From NCBI RefSeq assembly GCF_009914755.1, contig NC_060936.1: 64,000 nt of DNA; one strand, given 5' to 3'. A program made the position numbers and the translations under genes. Source of the DNA: the human T2T-CHM13v2.0 reference genome, Homo sapiens. Positions 52,331 through 64,000 of the stretch are shown in pieces. Numbering within the stretch: position 1 is the first letter of the stretch; each line of letters opens with the position of its first letter. Under the pieces are notes generated by a model. That model worked only from the letters and a program-made list of their open reading frames with translations. It had not been told where the DNA came from and made no database searches.

Positions 52331-55300
52331 TTCTGCCTTCTAAAGTGCAACAGTATATATCTTGTAGAACTGTGGGAGGAGAGAAGATAATTTTTCTACC
52401 TTACTCCATATTCTTACTTCAAACTATTTTGAATAGAGGTTCACTGAGCCATTGCTGATAGACTGTGCATAGCTACTAGCTGTCACACTATTGTAGGTTT
52501 TTTGGAGAGATTCATAGGGAAGTGAATGTAACCAGGAATAAAGGCTCTCACTTTAGCTCTGGGACTATGCAGTGGATCTTGGGAACAAAATAAGATATCT
52601 AATCTATTTTCCCCATTCTGGCTAGATTTTGGTTGTTGTGATGCTCCTACTTCCTGTATAGGTTTTTGGGATCATGGTGCAGGCTAGTAATAGGATTCAG
52701 AATTGCTTCCCTTTTATATCGACCATGTAAGGGATTCTAAAGGAGGGTAAATCTCAAAGTGCTCTGAAATCATCCCTCTAAAATCTGTCCTGTGGTGTGC
52801 TAAGATGTCTGTTGCCTTTTTATGTTAAGCTAAGGAACTTGAATGCCTTACCTAATAACTCAACTAGTAGTAAGCTCATTTTGTAAATATGAAAATGGCT
52901 GTAAGAAGTGGCATTCATGTATATTCAATGTTAGTCAATAGACCATAGTGGCCTGGATGCTTTAACAAGCCAAATTCCGCAATTTTTTTTCCTTTTTTCC
53001 CCTTCATACTTGTATGATCTCACCTGACCAGTGATTTCTTTTCCTCCTAACCCCATGCTACCACCATTTTCTGGAAATCAAAGAGATGTGGTAGTAAATC
53101 ATACAGTACACACGATCATCTGAGATCAATATGAGCACAAAACTCATCAAGTAGGTCTGCCTGGAATGTATATAAAAAATGTAAATAAAAATTTGTAAAT
53201 TAGTGTGAACTGTATCTTGCATATGAGACTGTGTATTGTTTTGCATTCTCTTCCCTTTTGTAGAAATTTTTCTGTAAGGAAATGATTCAGCTTGTTGGTT
53301 TTAGAGTAAAAATAGCCAACAGTTGTGGCTACACAGTGAGATCACAGGAACTGGAAATAGGGTTTGTCGGCTTTGGTTAATGTCAGTACTCATTTATTTA
53401 GCCTCTCAGTGCTTAATAAGACTTTTCTTTATTTTTTAGTTAGCCGTTAGGTTTTGTGAGGTTAGATTCCTGGAAGCAGTGAATTTATACACTGTTATAT
53501 TAATAGAGCTCCGTTCTTTGAGTCATGATTCCAAGCTAAAGGAAATTAAAAATGTAATTTAATAATTTCCTATTTTTAGGGTTGTTAATTTTTTTCTACA
53601 AAAAAACCTTGAAATTTTAGATATCCCAATGTGAATCTAATTTCCATATATACAGAAATTAGACAAATAATAAGTCTTTAGTTCAACTTAAGCATATCTC
53701 AAATGACTTCTCTAAATTTAAAGTTGATCATGATAGGATCATAAAAGACAGAAAAGACTTAAGTAATCTTGTAATGACAATTATTTCCATTTTTGCTGAA
53801 CTAAAAATATTTAACTTCATAAATATGTTACTACAGCTTCCAGATTTAAAGAAAAAAAGTTTCCCCCACTCTCAATTAAAAGTTAGAACCCTCCACTTTT
53901 AAAATTATACAAATATTTCTTTTTTACATTACACAGAAGCCTTCTGTACCATTTTACGAATTTCTGTCTTCATAATATAAGTGAAAATACTGTCATTTCA
54001 ATTTTCTGCTTTAAATTGTTTTTAATAAGCATTCCAAAGTGATACAGACTTAAGCTTTTAATCAATCAGTCATTCAGTTGATAGACAAAGTTAGCGATGC
54101 TTTATGCTAGGAAACTTGTTGACAGTAACCTGTGCGACTTTATGCAGAAGACAAATGCTAGTAATTATTATGCACAGAGGAAAAATCATTTTAAGTATGT
54201 GGTAAAGCAGCTTCATCTTTCAAAATTGATTTGCTCTGGTTTTTCTTTAGTCCATTAGATTCCAGAATGTCCTTTTACTGGGAATTTAGTTATGTATTAA
54301 GATAACCTGTTTTCAGTTCTTTTTGAAAAGAAGACATTATTTATATTGAACCACCTTATTTTAAAATTTTTAACTTTTATATACCACTTGTGTGATTCCA
54401 GTGTCATGTCTTGGGTTTGATGTCGTTGGACAGAAAAGTGTATCAATTATTTTAAATGAATTTTTCCCCATGTTTGAGGCTTAGTCTGTAAATGTGTTGC
54501 TGTAACAGAAAATACTTGGGTATGCATTACTTGAATACTTGAAAACTGAAATTAATAAGATGTATTACATAATGAATTAGATTTCTCTGAACAGTTTTTA
54601 CACTGAAAATCTTCATTTCTGGATTGCAGTTTGAAATGGAATGAAGACCTGAATTATTTGGGTAGAAAAAATTATGATAGTGCTTATAAGAACTGTAAAC
54701 TGTTTTAAACTATTTTGTGTTTGACGCATCAAACTTCAAGTTTTTTGTAAGTTTCTCTCCTGAAATTTTCTTTCTCTTCTATACTTTATGCACTTACTAT
54801 ACTACTGATGTAATAAAAGAGCAGGGTTAAAAATATTGTATCTGTATTCATTGTGAATCCTGTAGCTTTTCTAGTTAACAAAAAATCGCTTTCTAAAATA
54901 CTCTTAATCCCATTGTTTTGGTTAACATCTTACCCATTTGTTGTATTTCAAATGCCATTAATCATTTTAGTACAACACCTATGTTTATAAAAATTTGAAA
55001 ACATTACATATTGTATTTAAAACTAATTAGTGAAGAGTAAGAAAAAAACTAGCCAACAGAATTGTAGGTGATGCATTAGTTAAATTTCAAAACTCATAAT
55101 AAAGGAACTTTCAGAGATTGGTTGAAACCCAGTGGTATCCCTGTAAATTAGCTCCTGTGACTGGAAAAGACCCCAAAAAGGCAGTAGAGGAGATTAGTGT
55201 TTACTTGCTGTGGTTGTGGTGTGCTGCTACTTAATTATAGGTAGTGACACACTGAAATTCTTATTTGTCCAATAATCTGAAGTAGTTTCCTATATTTATC

Positions 55301-56113
55301 TGTACTAAATTGACTATAAATTGAGTCTGCAAAGAGGAAACTTTTTGACTGTACTGTATTTAGGAGCCTTTGTACAGCTTGGTCAAATTTCCATGATATG
55401 AAGTATTTGAGTTTTAAAATATACTGTTATTAAAAGGAAAAAGACATGGCCATTATTCCATGTGCTTAAATGATAATTTCCTTATTCAGTTTCAGAAGAA
55501 AAAGAATGAAATTGGGTAACTGTCATTGCGTTAGCTTTATGTTGAATTGGGAAATTGTGGCATAAAGCTTAAATTCGTGTTTATCAAATGTGAACCATAG
55601 TAGTATAATGCTGCTTTGTATATAATGTAAGTGCTACAAATAGTCTCAGCACTGAAAATGTATTGATACCTCTTAAATGAATGCAACTTTTGATGTAGGT
55701 GTTTTGCTATGCCTCAGAAAATATCTGTCTGAGAATTTGTTAATCTGTTTGATAATGAAGATACTTCCTGTTTTCTTGTTTCATATTTTCATGTTCAAAA
55801 TTTAAGTTTTACATTTTTACTACTGTTAATTTAAATAAAATTTGTTCTGTGGATAAAATGAGGTTGGCAGTGAAGAAAATTAAAAACAGCCTCATTCATG
55901 TAACTGGTTAAGTAAAAATACATTTTCACTATGTGTTCATAAACTTTTAATGAAGCTGTTTGTCTTTCAGTTCAAATATAAGTGATGTTTAGGCTTTATT
56001 TCTGTTAATAAGGCTTTTTACCATTGATTAAATGAAGGAATGTATCTTTTTGAAGAGATTTATATTCTGTAAATAAAAATTCGTTGTAACAATAAAGTTG
56101 AGTTCTAACTACA
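50405..56113 (+). other. ETNK1: Long AU-rich ETNK1 3'UTR (~5.7 kb)
   Basis: Transposon-free AT-rich stretch from the stop codon to tandem AATAAA signals; repeats resume after ~56.6 kb. End position estimated. Confidence 0.85.
56072..56096 (+). terminator. Distal polyadenylation signals (AATAAA 56072 and 56091)
   Basis: Two canonical hexamers with upstream TGTA elements and downstream GT/T-rich sequence. Confidence 0.8.
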
Positions 56114-56715
56114 GTGTATTCATAAATTTTATTGTTACTTCAACTTATTTTTGAGGTTTTCCTTGTGAATATCTGCAAACACAAGACTTTCCAAAGTTAG
56201 TGTATAAATGTATATGTGGAGTGATTCTTTGAATTCTAGTTTTTTGTTTTCTGTTTTTTTAGTTTTATATACATTAAAAAGTTTTGAAAAAATGTTTACT
56301 TTTGGAAAAATTTGGTTGAGATGAGACTATGGAATATTACATAACTTATAAACATTTCTGTTTACCTAGTTTAAAAATTCATTATTCTTCTAACTATTAT
56401 GCTTTGTGTCTTCACTATTCTTTGGAACCAGAGTTGGGAAACATAGAGGAATAAAGACACTGTCTGAGACTTAGCATCTTATGGTCTAGGCAGGGATTAT
56501 CCATTTAAACAACAAACTCTTAAAATTATCAGATAGTGTGATAGATGATCTCTGCCTTCAGGAAATGTTTATTTGCCATGAAGATCAGTTGTCCATAACA
56601 AAAATAGTCATTAATTTGTGTTTGTGTGTGTGGTTTTTGGTAGAATGTTTTCCAGTTTGGGTTTGTCTGAGACTTTCTGATGATTAGCTTGCAGTTATGT
56701 ATCCCCAACTGGGGA

Positions 56716-56812
56716 TAACATCAACAAGTTCCTCATCTCACAGATGATACCTTAACAAGTGATGTGTTCTTGTTAAGGTATCACATGTGAGATGAGGAAC
56801 TTGTTGATGTTA
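56716..56812. repeat. Inverted repeat, 44-bp arms, 9-nt loop
   Basis: 56716-56759 is the reverse complement of 56769-56812 at 42/44 positions. Confidence 0.95.
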
Positions 56813-57739
56813 ATTTTGATCACTTGGTTGAAGTATTGTTCTGTGTCTTCACTGTATATTTCCCCCTTGCAACAAATAGGCAGTCTGTGGGAAGGTGCTT
56901 TAGATTGAGTATTTTGTTCCCCTACAAACATCCACTGTTTTCCTCCCCGATTTAGCAATACTTGATGATTCTTACCCAATCCAGTCTTTATTACGATGAT
57001 TGTAAAATGGTGTTTTAAAAATATTGCTATGTTCTCCTTTTCTCAGCATTTTACTGAAAGGAATTGTCCTCTTATTGGCATCTAACTACCTACCTACCTA
57101 CCTACCTATCAATCATCTATCATCTGTTTGTATTTTAAGTATAGACTCGTAGATTTCTGTTTTATTCAGTGGATTATAATCTGCTATTAATACTATATTT
57201 ATTCATGTCATTGTTAAAATTGTCTGAGATTGGTCTTGAGGGAGCCCCTCAAATCTGGTTCCTTTTGCTATGTTCCCAACATGTTTTGAGCGCTTACTTC
57301 CTGGCAAAAGAAGACATTCTAGACTCATCTTGTACCTTTTCTGCCTCAGCCCTGGAATCAGCCATTTCTCCAAAGAACCTAGAGGTTCCATTTAGGAGGA
57401 ATGGTGTTTAGAAACTAAGATCTGAGAACTTGGTGTGCTTATTGGCTCCTGAGATATTACTGATCCATCCTAGGTTCTTTTGGCTGGCAGAGCAAGAAAG
57501 CACGCACACACACATTTATATACAAATCTCTTTTTTGGAGATTGTGAGTTCATACTGTTACCTCCAATTTCTACACTTGATCTTAGCCAAAAGGCCAAGT
57601 TATACCTCCAGCTTCTAACTAGAATTTTTCCTTGCCTCTCTCATTCATATTTGTTTCTCCCTTTACCCACTATGATTACATTTGTGTGTGTTTTTAAGAA
57701 TTCCACATAATTGATGTGCTTGTTTAGAATGTGTCACAT

Positions 57740-59050
57740 TGTGTCCGAAATTGGTGGGTTCTTGGTCTCACTGACTTCAAGAATGAAGCCACGCACCTTT
57801 GCAGTGAGTGTTACAGTTCTTAAAGATGGTGTGTCCGGAGTTTGTTCCTTCTGATGTTCAGACGTGTTTGGAGTTCCTTCCTTCTGGTGAGTTCCTGGTC
57901 TCACCGGCTTCAGGAGTGAAGCAGCAGACCTTCCTGATGAGTGTCACAGCTCATAAATGCAGTGCATACCCAAAGAGTGAGCAGCAGCAAGATTTATTGC
58001 AAAGAGTGAAAGAACAAACCTTCCACAGTGTGGAAGGAGACCCAAGTGGGTTGTGGTTGCTGGCTCAGGCAGCCTGCTTTTATTCCCTTATCTGACTCCA
58101 CCCACATCCTGCTGACTGGTCCATTTTACAGAGAGCTGATTGGCCCATTTTACAGAGGTGATTGGTCCGTTTTGACAGGGTGCTGATTGGTGTGTTTACA
58201 AACCTTGAGCTAGACACAGTGCTGATTGATGCATTTACAATCCTTTAGCTAGACACAAAAGTTCTCCAAGTCCCTACTAGATTGGCTAGACACATAGCAC
58301 TGATTGGTGTGTTTACAAACTTTGAGCTAGACACAGAGTGCCGATTGGTGCATTTACAAACCTTGAGCTAGGCATAAAAGTTCTCCAAGTCCCCACACAA
58401 CTCAGGAGCCCAGCTGGCTTTGCCTAGTGGATGCCGCGCTGGGGCTGCCTGCAGAGTTGCCCGCCAGTCCTATGGCACGCACCCACACTCCTCAGCCCTT
58501 GGGCGGTGGATGGGACTGGACACTGCTGAGCAGGGGGCGGTGCCTGTCGGGGAGGCTCGGTCTGCGCGGGAGCCCACGGGGTTTGGGGTGGGGGAGGCTT
58601 GGGCGTGGTGGACTGGAGGTCCCGAGCCCTGCCCTGCGGAGAGGTGGCTGGAGGCCCGGCGAGAATTTGAGCATGGCGTGGGCAGGCTGGCAGTGCTGGG
58701 GGACCCAGCACACCCTCTGCAGCTGCTGGCCCGGGTGCTAAGCTCCTCACTGCCCAGGGCTGGCGGCGCTGGCCGGCGGCTCGGAGTGCGGGGCCCGCCG
58801 AGCCCATGCCCATCCGGAACTCGCGCTGGCCCGTGAGGGCCACGTGGGCCACACGCAGCCTGGGTTCCCACCAGTGCCTCTGCTTCCACACGTCCCGGCA
58901 AGCAGAGGGAGCCGGCTCCGGCCAGCCCAGAGAGGGGCTCCCACAGTGCAGCGGTGGCCTGAAGGGCTCCTCAAGCGCGGCCAGAGTGGGCACTGAGGCC
59001 AAGGAGGTGCCGAGAGCGAGCTAGGGCTGCCAGCATGCTGTCACCTCTCA
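57740..59050 (-). mobile_element. LTR12-family (ERV9) solo LTR
   Basis: tgtgtccgaaattggtggg ... gctgtcacctctca termini, tandem gctgattgg repeats, GC-rich U3; near-TSD ACAT/ATAT. Confidence 0.93.
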
Positions 59051-59562
59051 ATATGAGAGTGTATAAGGTGTTACTATACAAATTACTAGTTTTTGTAAAC
59101 TTTAATCATTTGATTAAAGTGGTAACTGCTGGATTCCTCCCAATTCTGCCTCTCCCCCATCCCTCTTTTTCCCCCGTTTTTCCCTTTTAATTAATATCCT
59201 GTGTGTGTGTGTGTTGGGGGGGATACTTTGAAACTATGCAAATCTTTTGCCATTAATTTTAGCATCCATTGGTGGGTTTTGTTTGCAACAGTTACGTGTT
59301 TGTCTAACATTGATTTTCCATTTCCCTCTTCTACATTTGGAAATGGGAATTTTGCTGGAATGAGGAGTGATACCTTTTTTTTACACTTATTTATTTAACT
59401 ATATCAGTAAGGACTCAGATACTTAATTCACTGGCCTATAATCCACTACAATGATTTTTCTGGCCAAGTTGTTGACCAAAAAATAATTTTGTTGCTCAAG
59501 TTTTTCGTTTTGGCAATTGGGAACTTTTTCAACTTGGCTTGTGTATCCTTTCAACATGCCTA

Positions 59563-60456
59563 TGGTACAGGAATTGAGAAGAAATTACTGATGCAGATAG
59601 TGAAGGTATGGAAGTCCTCAGTAAGGTTTTCCTTTTAACTAGGTGGCTCACGCCTGTAATCCTAGCACTTTGGGAGGCCAAGGTGGGTGGATTGCCTGAG
59701 CTCAGGAGTTCGAGACCAGCCTGGGTAACACGGTGAAACCCTGTGTCTACTAAAATACAAAAAAAATTAGCCACGCGTGGCAGTGTGTGTTTGTAGTTCT
59801 AGCTATTCGGGAGGCTGAGGCAGGAGAATGGCTTGAATCCAGGAGGCGGAAGTTGCAGTGAGCTGAGATTGGGCCACTGCTCTCCAGCTTGGGCAACAGA
59901 GCAAGACTCCATCTCCAAAAAAAAAAAAAAAAAAAAAAAAAAGAAGAGGAAAGCAGCCCCAAATCATTTTCCCTTCTAACAAAGAGCAGCCTGTAAAATT
60001 GAGCTGTGGACATAGATGCCGGCAGTTGTGCCAATCACGTTCAAATCATGTTCAGAATGGCAGCAGGTCTTCCCTTCTTTGCCAGCCATGTGTACAGTAA
60101 GGAGCAGATAAGATGGTGCCGGCCAAGGGGAAAATTCATTTGCGTAATAAGCTTAGGGTGGGGCGTCCAGCATTCCCAGGCAATATGATGGAACCAATCT
60201 ATTAGCCCAATCTGTTAGCCCTACATAAATCAGACACTGCTTCCTCAAGCCAGTCTATAAAATCCGGACATGGGTGGCTGGCTGGCCTTTTCCTCTCCAA
60301 AGTCCCTTCTCTCTCACTAGACAGCTGTTTTCCTTTCTCTTTCTTCTGCCTATTAAACCTCTGCTCCTAACGTCCTTGTGTGTGTCTGTGTCCGAAATTT
60401 TCATGGCAGGAGATGACAAACCCCAGGTATTTACCCCAGACAATGTAGCCACTTCA
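59563..60456 (+). mobile_element. ERV1 solo LTR (MER50-like) interrupted by an Alu
   Basis: TG...CA termini, perfect TSD CCTA; homologous to 16407-17034. Confidence 0.8.
59641..59945 (+). mobile_element. AluS nested in LTR
   Basis: Alu consensus with long A tail. Confidence 0.9.
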
Positions 60457-60556
60457 CCTACATAATTATTTTTATGTATTTATTATTTCTTAACCTCTAG
60501 CACTTGCAGTGTAAGCCTACATAATTTTTTGAGCACTTCTTTTTCTAACAACATGA

Positions 60557-61019
<463 letters not shown>

Positions 61020-64000
61020 TCTGAGTTCTTGCTACTTCTACATTCCATCAGTGGACATTTAGAAAATATGTGTAGACTAATATACACACACATGCCTCTA
61101 TACTTTTTCATCCATGTTTGTAACTTTATTTTGAACTCATTTCAAATATACAGAAAAGTCACAAGAATCATTTAGTGAACTCCTATTTTTTCCCATGTCC
61201 TCCAATAAGTATTTGCTTTGTTTTATCATTTTCTCTCTACATCTATAATTTTGGGAATTATTTGAGAGCAAATTGTACACATAAATTTCCTTTATTCCTC
61301 AATTCTTGTATTTTCTAAAAACACTATTCTGACCCCCATTGTTTCTGATGAGCAGTTGATCATTCAAATGAATGTCACTGTATATAGTGTGTTATTTTTT
61401 AGTGACTACTTTCAAGATTTTCTTTTTTCATTTGGTTTTCAGCAATTTGATTATGGTATGCTTTGGTGCAATTTACTTTATATTTATTATCTTGCTTGGG
61501 TTTTGAACCATGTGAATCTATAAGTTTATGTCTTACGAAATTTGGGAAATGTCATTCTCATTTTTTTGTCCCTATAATATGTTAAAGTTTGATATGTTGA
61601 AGTTCCTGATCGTTATGTGATTCTGTCAATTTCACCTTGTATCTCTTGTAGTTTTTACTTCATATAGGTTGTTGCTGTGTTATTTGGTGCATAAATATAC
61701 ATAATAGTTAGATGTTCATTGTAAATTGTGGATTTTACCATTGTAAGGTTTCACTCTTCATCTCATTTAATACTTTTTGGTCTGAATTCTACTTTGACAT
61801 TAGGATCATAACCCTCCATTCTTATTTCTAATTGCCTGGTTTATATTTGTTCATCCCTTTAACTTTTTTGAGTTACTGTTTTAATGTGTCTCTTATATAC
61901 AACATATAATTGAATTTTACCCTGTGAGTCAATTTGAAAATCTTTTCATGTTAATGTACCCATTCATATTTTTTGTATGACTGATATGTTTGGACTCAAC
62001 TCTGGCGATATTAGTCTGTGTTAAAATTACTATGTATTGTTGATATTTGTTATTTTTTCTGTATCTAGTTTGTCTTTTTTGTTATTTTGCTATTTGTATT
62101 CAGGAAGGTTTGTATTTTTGTTGTAGTGGTTTTCTTTATATAATTTTTATAGGGGCCTTTTCTCTTATTTCGCTTTTCCTGTCTTGCCTGTCAGTTTTAA
62201 ATTCTATCCTCTGACTCCAACTTATTTATTGAACAGTCGGTGATGTTACTCTGCTTCTCTCTCTCTCTTTTTTTCTCCCATTTTATTTAATTAACATTCT
62301 TTGAATGTTAGAACATATGACATTTCCATACAGTCAAACAATGTCCCTATCCTTGTTTCATTCTTACCTCTACAATTATATATATTAAATTCAATTTTTT
62401 TTGTTGTTGTTCATACTTTTCTTCTAATCCTCTTGACCAGGTTAACTCTTACTCTGTTAAAACTTTTAAAAACTGTTTTGGAGGTAAGACTTTCAGAAAG
62501 CCATCTTTCTGCTTCGTCAGCTGTCTCTTTTGCCCCCATCCCCTGTCTCAGTGCAGCGCTCTAGGAACACATTCCACAAAGCCATGAAGGCAGGATTTGA
62601 TTTTGGAAAGAGATAAAAACTGGAAATAATTGTCCAGAGTAATTTTTTTCTGAGTTGATATGATGCTCTCAAATCTGCATTGAAGAACCTATACTTCATT
62701 ACTTTGGAAGTTGTGAATTCATTTTTTTTAACCACATGTTTCTACATGGTTTGGTTTTAATTTATTTAGTTGAGCCTGAATTGAGGGGGGAAGTATTTAA
62801 ATACTTTGTAAACTGCCATTGATTTCCTAGAGGTGACTAGAATTCAGTCTTCTTAGAATCTAGCATCCCAGCAGCTTTTGAAGTCCCACCAGTGTATAGT
62901 CTTAAAAATGTGTGTCCATAACATTGAAACAAGCATTAAACGATTTTATCTCTCTAGATGAGTTTCAGCCAAAGCCTATAATTGTTTTTCTCAGACTATT
63001 GCATGGAAGTCAATAAAACCCAAGCCAAGCATTATTGACTTTTGATACCAAAACTTTATTTTTAAAAATGGCTGTCATTAAGATTTGGCAGTTGCATTGC
63101 TTTATCTCCGCTGACCCCTTCTGTCAATGAGATTATCACAAAAGAAGAATCAGCCTAAAACTCTTCTTTGACATATCAGGTATTTTTACTGTGTTATTTT
63201 AATTCAACACAACATCATGAATCAAACATTCTGGTTTCTACTGCAATTTCTCTAGTTGGTTTTCTCGACTATATTATGAATCTTAATAGTTGAAAAATTA
63301 TTTAGACATAAAAATATATATTTGGTAATTAGTTGATAAGGATTGCCATTTTAATCTTCTCACCACATTTCAAGAAGCTAACTAAAACTGTTCTCTTTTT
63401 TTTCTAGTTTTGTAACACTTGGAAAGAACTTAAAATGTTATTGTGCTTCTTGCAGGTTTTCTTTTTTCTTTTCCACATGGAAACAGAAGGCTGTGTAGGT
63501 GCCTTGTAAAAGTCTGTCTTGGTGACATCCCTAACAAGAACCTAAAGCAATCTTGCTAAAAAATATTTCTGAGTTACAGCTTTGAAATATTCTAAAACAG
63601 AAAATTCATTAACTGGAAAGAAAATGTAACCATTTGACCACATTTGCCAGTGAATTTCCTTCCTTGGTTAGAGGAGGAGAATTCTTTGTCTTAAATTACC
63701 TGGCAATTGTATTGACAATATCAGCTCATTTACCTTTGCAATACAAATGAAGGATGAGAGGGGGGTTGCTAATTGCACCAGTCTTTGTAAAGGTTGAATG
63801 GAATTTAGTTTTTCTCTTGTTTCCAAGTTTTTATCCTTGTCAACCCTGAGTATCTCACTGGAGACAGAAAGTAGAGGTAAAGTGTTACATAGTAGAAAGG
63901 CCCTGTTCAGGTGGCAAGAAGTCCCATTAATGACCATGGGTTTTCTGGGCTTCATATTCTCATTTATAAAATGATCAGATTAAATAAGATTAGCCCTAGA

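Noticed and set aside
58120-58400. Regularly spaced repeats superficially like a CRISPR array
   Set aside because: Normal LTR12 internal tandem repeats in a eukaryotic genome.
58420-59024. Several overlapping 100-190 aa ORFs
   Set aside because: GC-rich LTR12 sequence lacks stops by composition; no protein family similarity recognised.

Overview
Primate (human-like) genomic DNA containing most of the ethanolamine kinase 1 gene (ETNK1) on the + strand. The window holds seven coding exons (2-8; exon 1 and the promoter lie upstream), an alternative terminal exon giving a short isoform without the catalytic motifs, a ~5.7 kb 3'UTR ending near 56.1 kb, and about 8 kb of downstream DNA. Introns and flanks are filled with Alu, L1, MIR, LTR and DNA-transposon relics; most short ORFs in the supplied track are repeat-derived noise. 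The most interesting observation is in intron 4, between the exons encoding the two catalytic motifs. At 34010-34065 there is a nested two-acceptor/two-donor cassette that would give either an in-frame 6-aa insertion or a stop codon, including a 5-nt ATTAG 'poison' microexon. It is followed by a CpG-retaining, YCAY-rich, potentially structured element, and further stop-introducing exon candidates lie nearby. Together these suggest a splicing/NMD switch controlling ETNK1 dosage (inference). Also notable are a 44-bp near-perfect hairpin just past the poly(A) site, an antisense LTR12, a local duplication with palindromic junctions and a CTCF core motif. Repeat family names are assigned from remembered consensus sequences, and repeat boundaries are approximate.
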